Origin: Zygnema circumcarinatum SAG 698-1b
Taxonomy: Eukaryota; Plantae; Zygnematophyceae
Direction: 5' to 3'
NCBI GenBank assembly: GCA_037447605.1
Contig: CM074814.1
Coordinates: forward strand, 2,046,001-2,110,000
DNA length: 64,000 bases
Position numbers and translations under genes: made by a program. The notes below the pieces were generated by a model. It made no database searches. It saw only the letters and a list, made by a program, of their open reading frames with translations, and was not told the origin of the DNA. Below are positions 1 to 10,879 of the stretch, piece by piece; within the stretch, counting starts at the first letter, position 1; the number at the start of each line of letters is the position of its first letter.

Positions 1-227
1 TAAAGCACACGAAACAACAAGATCACGATGAATGATTCGCAGTAGGTCACAGAGTTGGTTACAACTGTTGTACTGTATGTTAGTTGAAAACTGGCTAGCC
101 ACTGCCTCTACTATGAAGCTTGCAGATGGCCGCTTCTTCTTGTATATACATCTTCATGATGAACTATGACAAATGGATGGAACCTGCATCTGGAATGCTG
201 CCTACATCTGGGTTTGGCATGATGCAA

Positions 228-1541
228 CTAAAAGGAGAGCAAATCTGGTAACGGCTGAGGTGTGACAGTTGTCACGTTTCGCGTAGTGGCTGCAGTCATT
301 GGGACAGTGTCTCGTTTGTCGCGCTGTGTATCCATCTGTCTCATGGCCTGCTCGAGGAAGGCCTTCGCCTGCACAAAAAAAACAGGAATCCACCGCTGCT
401 TTGATTCATGATTCCTTTCTAAATTACATTCGCACGACACCAACGTGTACCGTTGGTTTCCTCACCACATTCGCTGTTAACCACGGTTTCTGGAGAGCTT
501 TGGAAGTATTTTCGTTGAAGCAAGCTGAAAAAATTACCATGTCCCGCATGAATCTTCCCTTTACTACATCTGCAAATAGTAGAACTTTCATCCTCATTTT
601 GCTGCTACTGTTGGCAAACTGGAGACTGGCTACAATGGGTCGACGGCAGAGCCAACCTTCCAGCAATTCTGTAAGGATCACATTCGTATTTCTTTTAAGC
701 GGATGAATATCTCACCCTCAGAACTTCTTTGTACACCTGGTCCTTTGAATGAATTAGGCTCCTCTTCGTCTCGCCTTGCTCCAAAAGTTTTTCAAAAACG
801 CTCATGCTGGAACATTTTCGAAGGATGCTTGCTGCTTCCTCCATATTGTATAGAAGGGGCATCATTATAGTCCTACAAGTGATGTATCCATACTAACATG
901 AGCGCTTGAATAAATAAACAAAGGCGGTGAATGTTAAGAAATTTGAAAAGCACATGGCCAGTTTTTTGAGAAGGCAAAAATCTCCGCGAATTGAACAAGG
1001 CCTCCCTTGACTCGAATGTGTTCATTGTGATGGCAGCCTTTGCGCCACTTGTTGTTGCGAGCATATTGATAGTATTTGGTAAATATAAATCAGAAAATTT
1101 AGCATATATTAGGGGGGGTCAGACTTATCCCGGAGCGTACTACGCTCCGAATTTCCCGAATTCAAAGTTTCGTCTACGAATTACGGGTCGGGATCCGCGG
1201 CTCTGTCGAACACAGCCGTACCGAAATGCGTACCTAGCCAATGCTTAATTCACCCGACAGGCTTACTAAATTGATTTGGCCATGTGTTAAGTTAAGTCTG
1301 ACCCGCCCTATTATTGGCTTCGGCAAAGCAGGCTTAAATTTCTGATTACGTACCTAGTTTCCTCAGCCTTGCCAAAGCCAATGGGAAGCTTTTTTTGTGC
1401 AAGCTCCAAAACTGGACGCAACTGCTGGGCCTCGTGTGTCACTTCATTGCAGTGGCCTCGGAAGACTTTCACATCGACTACCGCATCTTGAAGCGCTTCA
1501 ATGAGATTCAGGGCCATTTGAAGGCTGTCTTGGTTTGCCAT
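228..1541 (-). CDS. Standalone MLKL/RPW8/U-box-N-terminal-like four-helix-bundle protein, 154 aa, 3 exons (1541-1354, 872-737, 368-228)
   Basis: GT-AG junctions are phase-consistent (188+136+141 = 465 nt). The joined protein is MANQDSLQMALNLIEALQDAVVDVKVFRGHCNEVTHEAQQLRPVLELAQK...TIMMPLLYNMEEAASILRKCSSMSVFEKLL...AKAFLEQAMRQM. It has the amphipathic helix pattern (vk..k..C..l, LeeA..lL.kC..S) typical of MLKL-type N-terminal bundles. The family call is by eye. Confidence 0.65.
1110..1310. mobile_element. ~200-bp MITE in intron 1 of the four-helix-bundle gene
   Basis: Terminal inverted repeats TAGGGGGGGTCAGACTTA (1110-1127) and TAAGTCTGACCCGCCCTA (1293-1310) match at 17/18. The terminal TA may be a TSD. 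Confidence 0.75.
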
Positions 1542-2932
1542 CGAAAAGAAAAGTAGAAAAAACAATCAATCCAGGAAGATACCAATTCGAACGATTGCTT
1601 AAAGCGTAAGCAGAAGCAAGCTCCAAACGCCTCGCTCCCTGTACAGCCTACCACACTCAAACATACATAAAAAAACTGGATTTAAAGGCCACCAAGGCAT
1701 CCAACAAAGAATCCTGATTACAAACGCCACTTTCTTCCTGACTGCAGCAGCCCCTCTGCTGATACAGCCAATAGCTGCGACGCCGCCATGGCGCCCCATT
1801 GGCGCCGCCATGGCGCCCCCTTGGCTGATGGCGGCCCTCCAGACCGACCTCCTCGCGCCGTCACCATACCGCCACCAATCCGATACATTCGATATATTGT
1901 AATTCGTATCGGGCTCCTGCGAACAGAGCCCCAAATTGTAGGGACTTTCTGGGAACACACCACAAGTATCTGCATACACACCTCAAATCTAGATGTAGCC
2001 AATCATAGAAAACGTCTCGATTTTTCTGCTGACGTGGCAACTATTACAGCTTGCCACGTAGGCTCATTTTACTTTTTACGACCACCTTCGCTCCCGAACA
2101 GATTTCCTCATTTTTGTAACCTAGGATCTAGCTACACACCTTTTTCGGCTTATACACACCTTTTCTCGCCGGTCAGATTTTCATTTTAGGATTTTTAGGG
2201 TTTTGGGATTTTTTTTTAAAGGTGGTGTATCTATCCAGAAAGATGTGTAAATTACAAATTACAATTTTTGGATCCAATAACGCTATTTCTCACAAAGAAC
2301 AGCAGTTGAACATCCCGTTCCAACAAGCCGTTTTCATGTTGAAGGGGTAGCAGGGCGGCTGCCTGGTTGACCGCCCGCCTGCGGAAAGTGATCTGGTCAG
2401 CTGGAAAATTATGAATAGGCCACTTGAAAATCAGCTCTTGGGCCCATTTTTACTTTCATTTTAAGGAGAAACCTTAGGAGCCATTGCTTCATCCTTAAGT
2501 GCTCCCTTGAGTATCACTTTTTTAAAGACCACGGGCAGCCACTTGAAGAGCATTTGGACCTCGAAATGTAAATTCTCCTTCCTTGCACAGGTAGAAAATT
2601 TGCATGCCGCCGCATGTAGAGAGAGAGAGCGCCCTGCAGGGTGCGGCGGGAGCGATCGACAAGTGGCAGCAAGCAGGCTCTCTGCCGCCTCACGCATGGC
2701 GGGAGCCGCGTTGCAGCACCTTCAAGCAGCTCGTTCGAAGAAGGTTAAAGGAAGCAGATGGAGGCCGACACCTGGCATATTCAGGAGCTTGTTCGTTGCA
2801 CAGTTCTCTGGCGGTGAATGTATGCAGAAGATGCTGGTAAAGGAATAGGAGATTCAGAAAGGGGGGGGTGAATCAGAGAGGAGCCTGCAGAGCAACGGTA
2901 TTTTCATCTTGGAGGGAGGAGACTGACTGATT

Positions 2933-3373
2933 TTGCAACGCAGGAATAGGAAATACGTTGCAGGAGAATCAAGAGTTTCTCCGATGTCGTTTCTCAATCC
3001 GTTTACAGGGAAGAAGGGAAGGTCCTTGGTGGATGTCGTCGACACATGCATCGATGAGTTTCAGAAAGCAAAAAAAAACCTGAAGCAAATTAAATCAGAA
3101 ATCAAGGATGTGAGCAAGCCTGCCGATGATTTGAAGCTCTCAGCTCGAGAGACTGGAGCGAAAGCGCGCATGCAAAGCGCTTACGATCAGTTCAGCGGAG
3201 CATACACTTTGTGGTCACAGAAAGATTTCGACTTCCAGGCTGAACTGACGGATGAAGAGCGGATTGCGCTGAAAATTCACGAGGCGCCCTCTCCTGCGGG
3301 TATGGAGGCAACTTCGGGATCAACACTGACCAGTGAGGCAGATGTTCAAGGAAAGGAATCGGCGCAGCTTTAA
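2933..3373 (+). CDS. Coding-like exon/ORF of unknown protein within the left palindrome arm
   Basis: 146-aa ORF with helical, charged composition (DTCIDEFQKAKKNLKQIKSEIK) and an upstream ttgcag acceptor near 2963. No family recognised. Confidence 0.35.
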   Translation: MQRRNRKYVAGESRVSPMSFLNPFTGKKGRSLVDVVDTCIDEFQKAKKNLKQIKSEIKDVSKPADDLKLSARETGAKARMQSAYDQFSGAYTLWSQKDFDFQAELTDEERIALKIHEAPSPAGMEATSGSTLTSEADVQGKESAQL

Positions 3374-4591
3374 ACTTGTTGCTGAGCTCAATTAGATTTG
3401 GAATCTTTTTGCTTCGAGATGAGAAGATGCCATGAATCTAGAACCGAAGGATAGTGAGGAGTTGCCTGGTGTGTTTGATAGTTTGTACCTTGAGCTGCGT
3501 CAGAAAACTTGGATAACTGAAGTATGTCTGTTAGTTACGTGGTGGAAAGCAACCCGACGTTGAAACGGGTGAATGCTTACTCTTAAAACCACTAATCTGA
3601 TGCAGACAGTTTGTAGATGCGTTGCTGTTTGAGATTCATGCTTGATCAGTTCAGTGGTAATGAATTCTCTGATCGACATAGGGTGCATCCATGATTCATC
3701 ATATGAGATTTTGGGGCATGCTGCAATTCACGCATGTTGGAATGGCACACGAGTTACCTTCCCATCAAGGATGCTTGATTCCTGTGCAATAACAAAAGAC
3801 TGCTCGAAAGTGCTAGCCTGAATCGTGAAATGAATCATGGCACCCAGACAGCGTCTGCGTGCGCTTTGAACTGCAGGATTCCCCATTGGCAGAATGCGTT
3901 TTTGGAGTCTGTGATGATATTAATGAACATGTTGCGCAATACTCTGGGAAATTTCTTATCTTTCAAATAGAACTGCANNNNNNNNNNTGCAGTTCTATTT
4001 GAAAGATAAGAAATTTCCCAGAGTATTGCGCAACATGTTCATTAATATCATCACAGACTCCAAAAACGCATTCTGCCAATGGGGAATCCTGCAGTTCAAA
4101 GCGCACGCAGACGCTGTCTGGGTGCCATGATTCATTTCACGATTCAGGCTAGCACTTTCGAGCAGTCTTTTGTTATTGCACAGGAATCAAGCATCCTTGA
4201 TGGGAAGGTAACTCGTGTGCCATTCCAACATGCGTGAATTGCAGCATGCCCCAAAATCTCATATGATGAATCATGGATGCACCCTATGTCGATCAGAGAA
4301 TTCATTACCACTGAACTGATCAAGCATGAATCTCAAACAGCAACGCATCTACAAACTGTCTGCATCAGATTAGTGGTTTTAAGAGTAAGCATTCACCCGT
4401 TTCAACGTCGGGTTGCTTTCCACCACGTAACTAACAGACATACTTCAGTTATCCAAGTTTTCTGACGCAGCTCAAGGTACAAACTATCAAACACACCAGG
4501 CAACTCCTCACTATCCTTCGGTTCTAGATTCATGGCATCTTCTCATCTCGAAGCAAAAAGATTCCAAATCTAATTGAGCTCAGCAACAAGT

Positions 4592-5032
4592 TTAAAGCTG
4601 CGCCGATTCCTTTCCTTGAACATCTGCCTCACTGGTCAGTGTTGATCCCGAAGTTGCCTCCATACCCGCAGGAGAGGGCGCCTCGTGAATTTTCAGCGCA
4701 ATCCGCTCTTCATCCGTCAGTTCAGCCTGGAAGTCGAAATCTTTCTGTGACCACAAAGTGTATGCTCCGCTGAACTGATCGTAAGCGCTTTGCATGCGCG
4801 CTTTCGCTCCAGTCTCTCGAGCTGAGAGCTTCAAATCATCGGCAGGCTTGCTCACATCCTTGATTTCTGATTTAATTTGCTTCAGGTTTTTTTTTGCTTT
4901 CTGAAACTCATCGATGCATGTGTCGACGACATCCACCAAGGACCTTCCCTTCTTCCCTGTAAACGGATTGAGAAACGACATCGGAGAAACTCTTGATTCT
5001 CCTGCAACGTATTTCCTATTCCTGCGTTGCAA
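4592..5032 (-). CDS. Mirror copy of the 2933-3373 ORF
   Basis: Identical translation in the right palindrome arm. Confidence 0.25.
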   Translation of the reverse strand: MQRRNRKYVAGESRVSPMSFLNPFTGKKGRSLVDVVDTCIDEFQKAKKNLKQIKSEIKDVSKPADDLKLSARETGAKARMQSAYDQFSGAYTLWSQKDFDFQAELTDEERIALKIHEAPSPAGMEATSGSTLTSEADVQGKESAQL

Positions 5033-6360
5033 AATCAGTCAGTCTCCTCCCTCCAAGATGAAAATACCGTTGCTCTGCAGGCTCCTCTCTGATTCACCCC
5101 CCCCTTTCTGAATCTCCTATTCCTTTACCAGCATCTTCTGCATACATTCACCGCCAGAGAACTGTGCAACGAACAAGCTCCTGAATATGCCAGGTGTCGG
5201 CCTCCATCTGCTTCCTTTAACCTTCTTCGAACGAGCTGCTTGAAGGTGCTGCAACGCGGCTCCCGCCATGCGTGAGGCGGCAGAGAGCCTGCTTGCTGCC
5301 ACTTGTCGATCGCTCCCGCCGCACCCTGCAGGGCGCTCTCTCTCTCTACATGCGGCGGCATGCAAATTTTCTACCTGTGCAAGGAAGGAGAATTTACATT
5401 TCGAGGTCCAAATGCTCTTCAAGTGGCTGCCCGTGGTCTTTAAAAAAGTGATACTCAAGGGAGCACTTAAGGATGAAGCAATGGCTCCTAAGGTTTCTCC
5501 TTAAAATGAAAGTAAAAATGGGCCCAAGAGCTGATTTTCAAGTGGCCTATTCATAATTTTCCAGCTGACCAGATCACTTTCCGCAGGCGGGCGGTCAACC
5601 AGGCAGCCGCCCTGCTACCCCTTCAACATGAAAACGGCTTGTTGGAACGGGATGTTCAACTGCTGTTCTTTGTGAGAAATAGCGTTATTGGATCCAAAAA
5701 TTGTAATTTGTAATTTACACATCTTTCTGGATAGATACACCACCTTTAAAAAAAAATCCCAAAACCCTAAAAATCCTAAAATGAAAATCTGACCGGCGAG
5801 AAAAGGTGTGTATAAGCCGAAAAAGGTGTGTAGCTAGATCCTAGGTTACAAAAATGAGGAAATCTGTTCGGGAGCGAAGGTGGTCGTAAAAAGTAAAATG
5901 AGCCTACGTGGCAAGCTGTAATAGTTGCCACGTCAGCAGAAAAATCGAGACGTTTTCTATGATTGGCTACATCTAGATTTGAGGTGTGTATGCAGATACT
6001 TGTGGTGTGTTCCCAGAAAGTCCCTACAATTTGGGGCTCTGTTCGCAGGAGCCCGATACGAATTACAATATATCGAATGTATCGGATTGGTGGCGGTATG
6101 GTGACGGCGCGAGGAGGTCGGTCTGGAGGGCCGCCATCAGCCAAGGGGGCGCCATGGCGGCGCCAATGGGGCGCCATGGCGGCGTCGCAGCTATTGGCTG
6201 TATCAGCAGAGGGGCTGCTGCAGTCAGGAAGAAAGTGGCGTTTGTAATCAGGATTCTTTGTAATCAGGATTCAGCCTTCTCCGGTAACTTTTAGTGATGC
6301 AAATGTGCCTTGAATTCTCGTTGTGAAGTGCTCCAACCCATGCATCTGATGCATGTGCAG

Positions 6361-6639
6361 CTCCGCGACCGCTTGGATGGGTCTGACACCATCGAGGACG
6401 AAAACATTGTGGTGCCCCAATACCTCGGAGCGGAGAATAGGACCACAACCAACATCCTCTCCGCCAACGCGGACTCGCTCTCCTACGCGCGCAACCCCGC
6501 GCAGACTCTTAGCATTGTGTACGGAACCGGCAGCCCCTCCAAGCCCGGCGGCTTCTGGCCGAGAGGGGCCGCCGGCAACATCGCCAACTACTACCTCACG
6601 CACCCCTCCACTGCGATAGGAGCCCCAGTCATACCCTGA
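6361..6639 (+). pseudogene. Orphan terminal exon of a desiccation-related PCC13-62 (ferritin-like) protein
   Basis: After the acceptor gtgcag it reads LRDRLDGSDTIEDENIVVPQYLGAENRTTTNILSANADSLSYARNPAQTLSIVYGTGSPSKPGGFWPRGAAGNIANYYL, matching the PCC13-62 C-terminal motif (LGAE...NIL....DSL.Y.R......IVYG.G....PGGF.P.GA.G.IA). No upstream exons were found in the window. Confidence 0.8.
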
Positions 6640-7420
6640 ACAGGGGCTGAATGACATAGTCTGAGATTGATAGATGATTCTCTACGAGATTTGGGCCTCT
6701 CTTCATGCATACAGCTTTTCCTGTTGGTAGGAAGTTTATTATTTTAGGAGCAGCCAGGGGGCGAGGGATTTCAAGTCAATTACATTGGCGGATGCTGCTC
6801 GCTGCTACATGTATGGCAACCCGATCTGTTGTACCACAACCCATATAAATCAAGCTATTGCGGCGTAGTGCTGCAGCACACAAGAAAGCAGTGTTTTGTG
6901 TATGAGCTTGGGCTAATGGCTATGAGATAAACTTTTAAGTCGTGTGTCGCCAATTTCCAGCCCACCTTTCAATCGCCAGCCATTAGCTTCCCTTGTGGTC
7001 TCTTGCCTTCTCTTAAGTGGCAGATGCGATTTCCAAGTAAGCTTGTGCAAAGTCTCATAGTGATGAAGGTGGAGAAGGAGTAGTTGGTAGTTTCATGCTT
7101 TTTCCTTTGATCACAAATACTTAGGAGATCGTCCTGAGCTAAAAGAAACATATTTATTTGTCTACGAACAATATATACAAATGTTTGAATTCTATTGGGG
7201 TACCCCACTACCGGCTAGACCATCTTATCTAGATCACTTAAAACATGTAGCTACCTGGCGTATCATGCATCTAAGCTTTCGAAAAAGAATCACATTTAGG
7301 TCAACACGAATGCCACTCCCTTCCTCCCTTCGACTAAACACTGAAAAGTACATGCTTTCATGTTTGTATATACAAATTTCAGACTTTTCCTTCTTCCATC
7401 GCCCACCTCTATCGATCCCA

Positions 7421-9407
7421 TCACTTCGCTGTGTACCGCATTACGCGCTTCATCTCAACTGCAAAGCGAAGGGAGGAGGGAGCAAGGCGGTGCAGCTGTT
7501 CGTAGTCCTTCACAGCCAATGCATACTTCTCACTCATTTCGTACAGTGTAGCACGAAGTTCAAGGATACAAATGGCATTGCAGTCGATGGCAAGCGCAGC
7601 GCAACACGTAGTTATGGCTCCATTAATGTCGCCAAGTTCCTACAACACAAAGAGAAAGAAAGCCTGCCACAAGCTTAGGTCAAGGCATTCTTTAACTAAA
7701 CTCCGGTTTCGGGAAGCAAGATGTGAGTGATATGCGACTCCAAAGAGTTGGCTTAAACTGCTTCGATTGGTGCGGATTAAGAATGAAATGCTTCAATAAC
7801 TTTACTTTTAACAAGCGATAAAAAGACATTTCAACAGGGTTCACAAACAGCGTTTGTTGGAAAAGTAAAGGGGATTAGAAATGACGGAAACGCATAAGAG
7901 TTCACCTTGCGGCATTCTGCACTTTCTCGGTAAAGAGGCATCAGGTCATTGGGATCCACCGCTCTTCCCTTAGACTTCTCTCCTCCCCATAAATCGAGAG
8001 CCCACGAGAAGTGCTGTAAGGCTTTTGCATATTCTCCCTGAAAATTTTGAAAATAGCACCTCAGCTGAACTCCTCACCAATGTACTGCCCCAATGAAAGA
8101 TTGATGATCCAAGGGACATTACGCAGGTCGTTTTGAGAGTTGCCAACTGCCTTAAAGTTAGTGAAGCGCGTACATGGACAAGGATGGTGTTTACCTTTTT
8201 TTGAAGCGCTAATGCAACCTGCTCCGCCCGATATGCAGTCATTCCATAGGGAGGGGGCGGATTGGGATCATATGAAGGCTTCTGTTTCGATGCAGGGCTC
8301 AACTCTGCTTTTTGGAGAGGCGGAGGAGAGTTTCCGCTTTGAATATGTGCTGAATACTTCGTCTCTCGAGAAAAGTCGGCTGTGATTTGGGACGTAGATG
8401 GTTTCATAGGTGCGTCTTCTTCAGATGAAAACTTGATCCATGTGGAGAAACTGCCTTCTTTTTTTAAATTCTGCAACATGATGACGGAGGGCCATATTTG
8501 TTGAATTCAATTCATCATCTCCGAATGCTTGAAACGAATGAAAAAAGTCACCAGCATAGGGCACAGGTGTGAATCTCTTCTTGCTAGCCGATCCTTTGAT
8601 GGGAAACTAGGTTAAGAACAGTAAATGTTTTTTAAATGGTTTTATGTTCTCATTGCTTCACCAAAATCATCGCTTTTAGAGGCATGTTGGTCAACGCCTA
8701 GGACCACCCAAAATGCCATGTGCTGCTATTCCTGCTAATCTACTGGTCTTGTTCAGAGCACTCATAAGCCACCACTCAAATTCTTTCTTTCCTTCTATAT
8801 TAAAATTAGTCCAATCGCAGCAAACATTCATGAACTTTTTGGTTTCTTTGCGGCAATCTCTTCCACAAGAGCATGCAACCTTTACCTTTACCTGTTGATT
8901 ATCCGATGCTCGACCACTTCCAACCCCACTTCCATAGCCACCCCCATACACATCGAAACTTCCGGCAAGGTCTCCGCTCGCATTTGCGGATCCACCATTC
9001 ATTCTCGGGCTCTGCGAAGCCCCTGAACTTGCGGCCGAGAATGGGGCAGAATCAAGCCCGAACCCTAAACCACAGTTCCCATTTCCATTAAAGTTTTGAA
9101 TCCCCTTCGAAGAAGCTCTCTCGTCCAGCAAACTCCTCCCTGCAGGCGCAGGCTTCTGCTTAGGGCTGCGGTTCCAAGCAACCTCCTGCTTTGATCCACC
9201 TTGAGGCGCCTCCCTGAGGGAAAGAAACTTCGCCATGTCGGAGCGAATGTCAGCGAGAGTCTCCCCCGAGTCGAGTCGGGGCTTCTCCGCGCCTGCGTGC
9301 TGCGAGGAGTTGAACGCGACGAGAGTACGGGCGACTACCTCACTACGCTTATCGCTGTGGCGCATTGTCATGGGCGAGAAGCCGTTGTAAGGGAGTGGGG
9401 GGCCCAT
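7421..9407 (-). CDS. TPR-domain protein with low-complexity N-terminus (resembles Arabidopsis At3g16760 type), ~380 aa, exons 9407-8892, 8470-8195, 8037-7906, 7639-7421
   Basis: Phase-0 GT-AG junctions. C-terminal TPRs: ALALQKK|GEYAKALQHFSWAL...ECRK|ELGDINGAITTCCAALAID...LELRATLYEMSEKYALAVKDYEQL. The start codon is uncertain. Confidence 0.8.
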
Positions 9408-9719
9408 GTAGAAGGGAGACGGCAAAAATGTGCAGAGGGAGAGAGAAGCGGAGATAGGATGCGAGAGAGGGAGGGAGGGAGAGAGATAGGGAGGAGGGAA
9501 GAGTGGGAGGAGAGAGAGTGCGAGAGAGAGGGAGTGAGGGATGAAGGGAGAGGGATAGGGAGGAGGAGGAGGGCAGAGAGGGAGGAGGACTAGTTGGAGG
9601 GAGAGAGGGATAGAGGAAGGGAAAGAGAGGGAGAGGAGGGCAGAGGGAGAACGAGAGCCGAGCACTGCGCGCCGAGAGTGGTCGATTCGGCGCTTTGTGC
9701 CGCCGGCAACGACCGCTTC

Positions 9720-9880
9720 GCGGACCGGCGCGCCGGTTGGCGCCACGTGGTGACGCGCCACGTGACGGCGACGCGCGAGAACCGGCCTTGCCCGCCAATC
9801 CGGACGTGCCACGTCCGACTGTTGACCGCACCGAACGCCCACGTGGCGGCGGACCGTAGAGGGAGTTCCATCCACGTGGC
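9720..9880. promoter_or_regulatory. GC-rich island with four CACGTG G-boxes and short palindromes upstream of the TPR gene
   Basis: CACGTG at 9744, 9759, 9840 and 9873. CCACGTGGCGGC is directly repeated. Palindromes ACCGGCGCGCCGGT (9724-9737) and CGGACGTG-C-CACGTCCG (9801-9817). Confidence 0.45.
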
Positions 9881-10402
9881 GGCAGCAGATCGGCGCTTTC
9901 AGCGCGGTCGTACACACTGTACAAAAGTTCATATCTGTACGGTCTAACGGTCCAACGCTTTCTTTGTAAACGGTAACTTCTCCATAGAAAGCGAGTTTTC
10001 GCAAATGTGCTGATGGAGGTCCAACTTTTAAGGGCTAAAAAAAAAAAAAAAAAAATTTGCAAACTAAAGTAAATAGCAGTTGTTGGATAGTAATAAGACA
10101 TGGATAAGACAGATATGAATAGTGATGAAAAAAGGAAAAAAGTAACACTTGACGTTTTGGCATTGGCGGACTTGGAGGCATGAGCTTGCAAGGTTGGTTG
10201 GAGCAACAACGCTGTTTGTTGGCTGGCAATTCCGAACGTTAAATTTTTCTAATGTACGTCCCGACGGTTACGACTAAAACCACTTCTCAACCTAAATAAC
10301 AGGCTGCGGATCAAGATCCTCGTGCGTTGCCCTTTTATAGAAATGTCTTCGAACCTTAATTATGTGAAGTGAACTGAAACGGAAACTGATCGAACACATA
10401 AG

Positions 10403-10740
10403 CTGAATGGGTACGTGATATATCCCATTTTCTGCGCATTCAATTCAATGAAACGTACAACCAATCAGGTCGCGCGACGTGGCAACGTCAGACTTGCGGC
10501 AACTATACCCCATTTTCTTTAAATTCATCTTTGACAACCTAATCGAATCCGTAGGTCACATAAAACATTCAAATCGAACGCTGTCGTACGTAGAAAACGA
10601 CACTTGGCAATGACTGAATGGTTACGCGATATACCCCATTTTCTGCGCATTCGATCCAACGAAAAGCACAACAAATCCGGACGCGCGACGTTGCAACGTC
10701 AGACTCGTGGCAACTATACCCCATTTTCATTAAATTCTTT
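10403..10740 (+). repeat. ~211-bp diverged tandem repeat (partial third copy at ~14477-14630)
   Basis: Unit core gatata(t/c)cccattttctgcgcattc...cgcgcgacgt(g/t)gcaacgtcagact...ataccccattttc recurs at ~10417, ~10628 and ~14481. Confidence 0.8.
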
Positions 10741-10879
10741 TTTTAGCCTGGTATGTTGGAGCTGTGATTAATTTGACCAACACCATAACCGTTTCGGGCG
10801 TTGTCAACCGAACCATTCCAAATCTTGCGTGTCCCGTGTTTGACAAAACAAGCTGTTACGGTTTACCAACCCACCCCGG

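Larger units (their letters stand above)
1704..6261. repeat. Giant inverted repeat: arms 1704-3977 and 3988-6261 around a 10-N gap
   Basis: Every ORF is mirrored with identical translation and coordinates summing to 7965 (e.g. 2933..3373 and 4592..5032). The centre is the N run 3978-3987. Confidence 0.97.

Noticed and set aside
1940-2250. Degenerate MITE in the palindrome arm (ctttctgg..acaccac inverted pair)
   Set aside because: The inverted match is too gapped and no TSD was found.
2600-3373. Myb/SANT-like protein of a PIF/Harbinger transposon
   Set aside because: The resemblance is faint, and no DDE transposase, TIR or TAA/TTA TSD could be identified.
8691-10004. 437-aa ORF as a single protein
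   Set aside because: Only 9407-8892 behaves as an exon. The rest is read-through of a CT-rich leader, a GC-rich island and intron.
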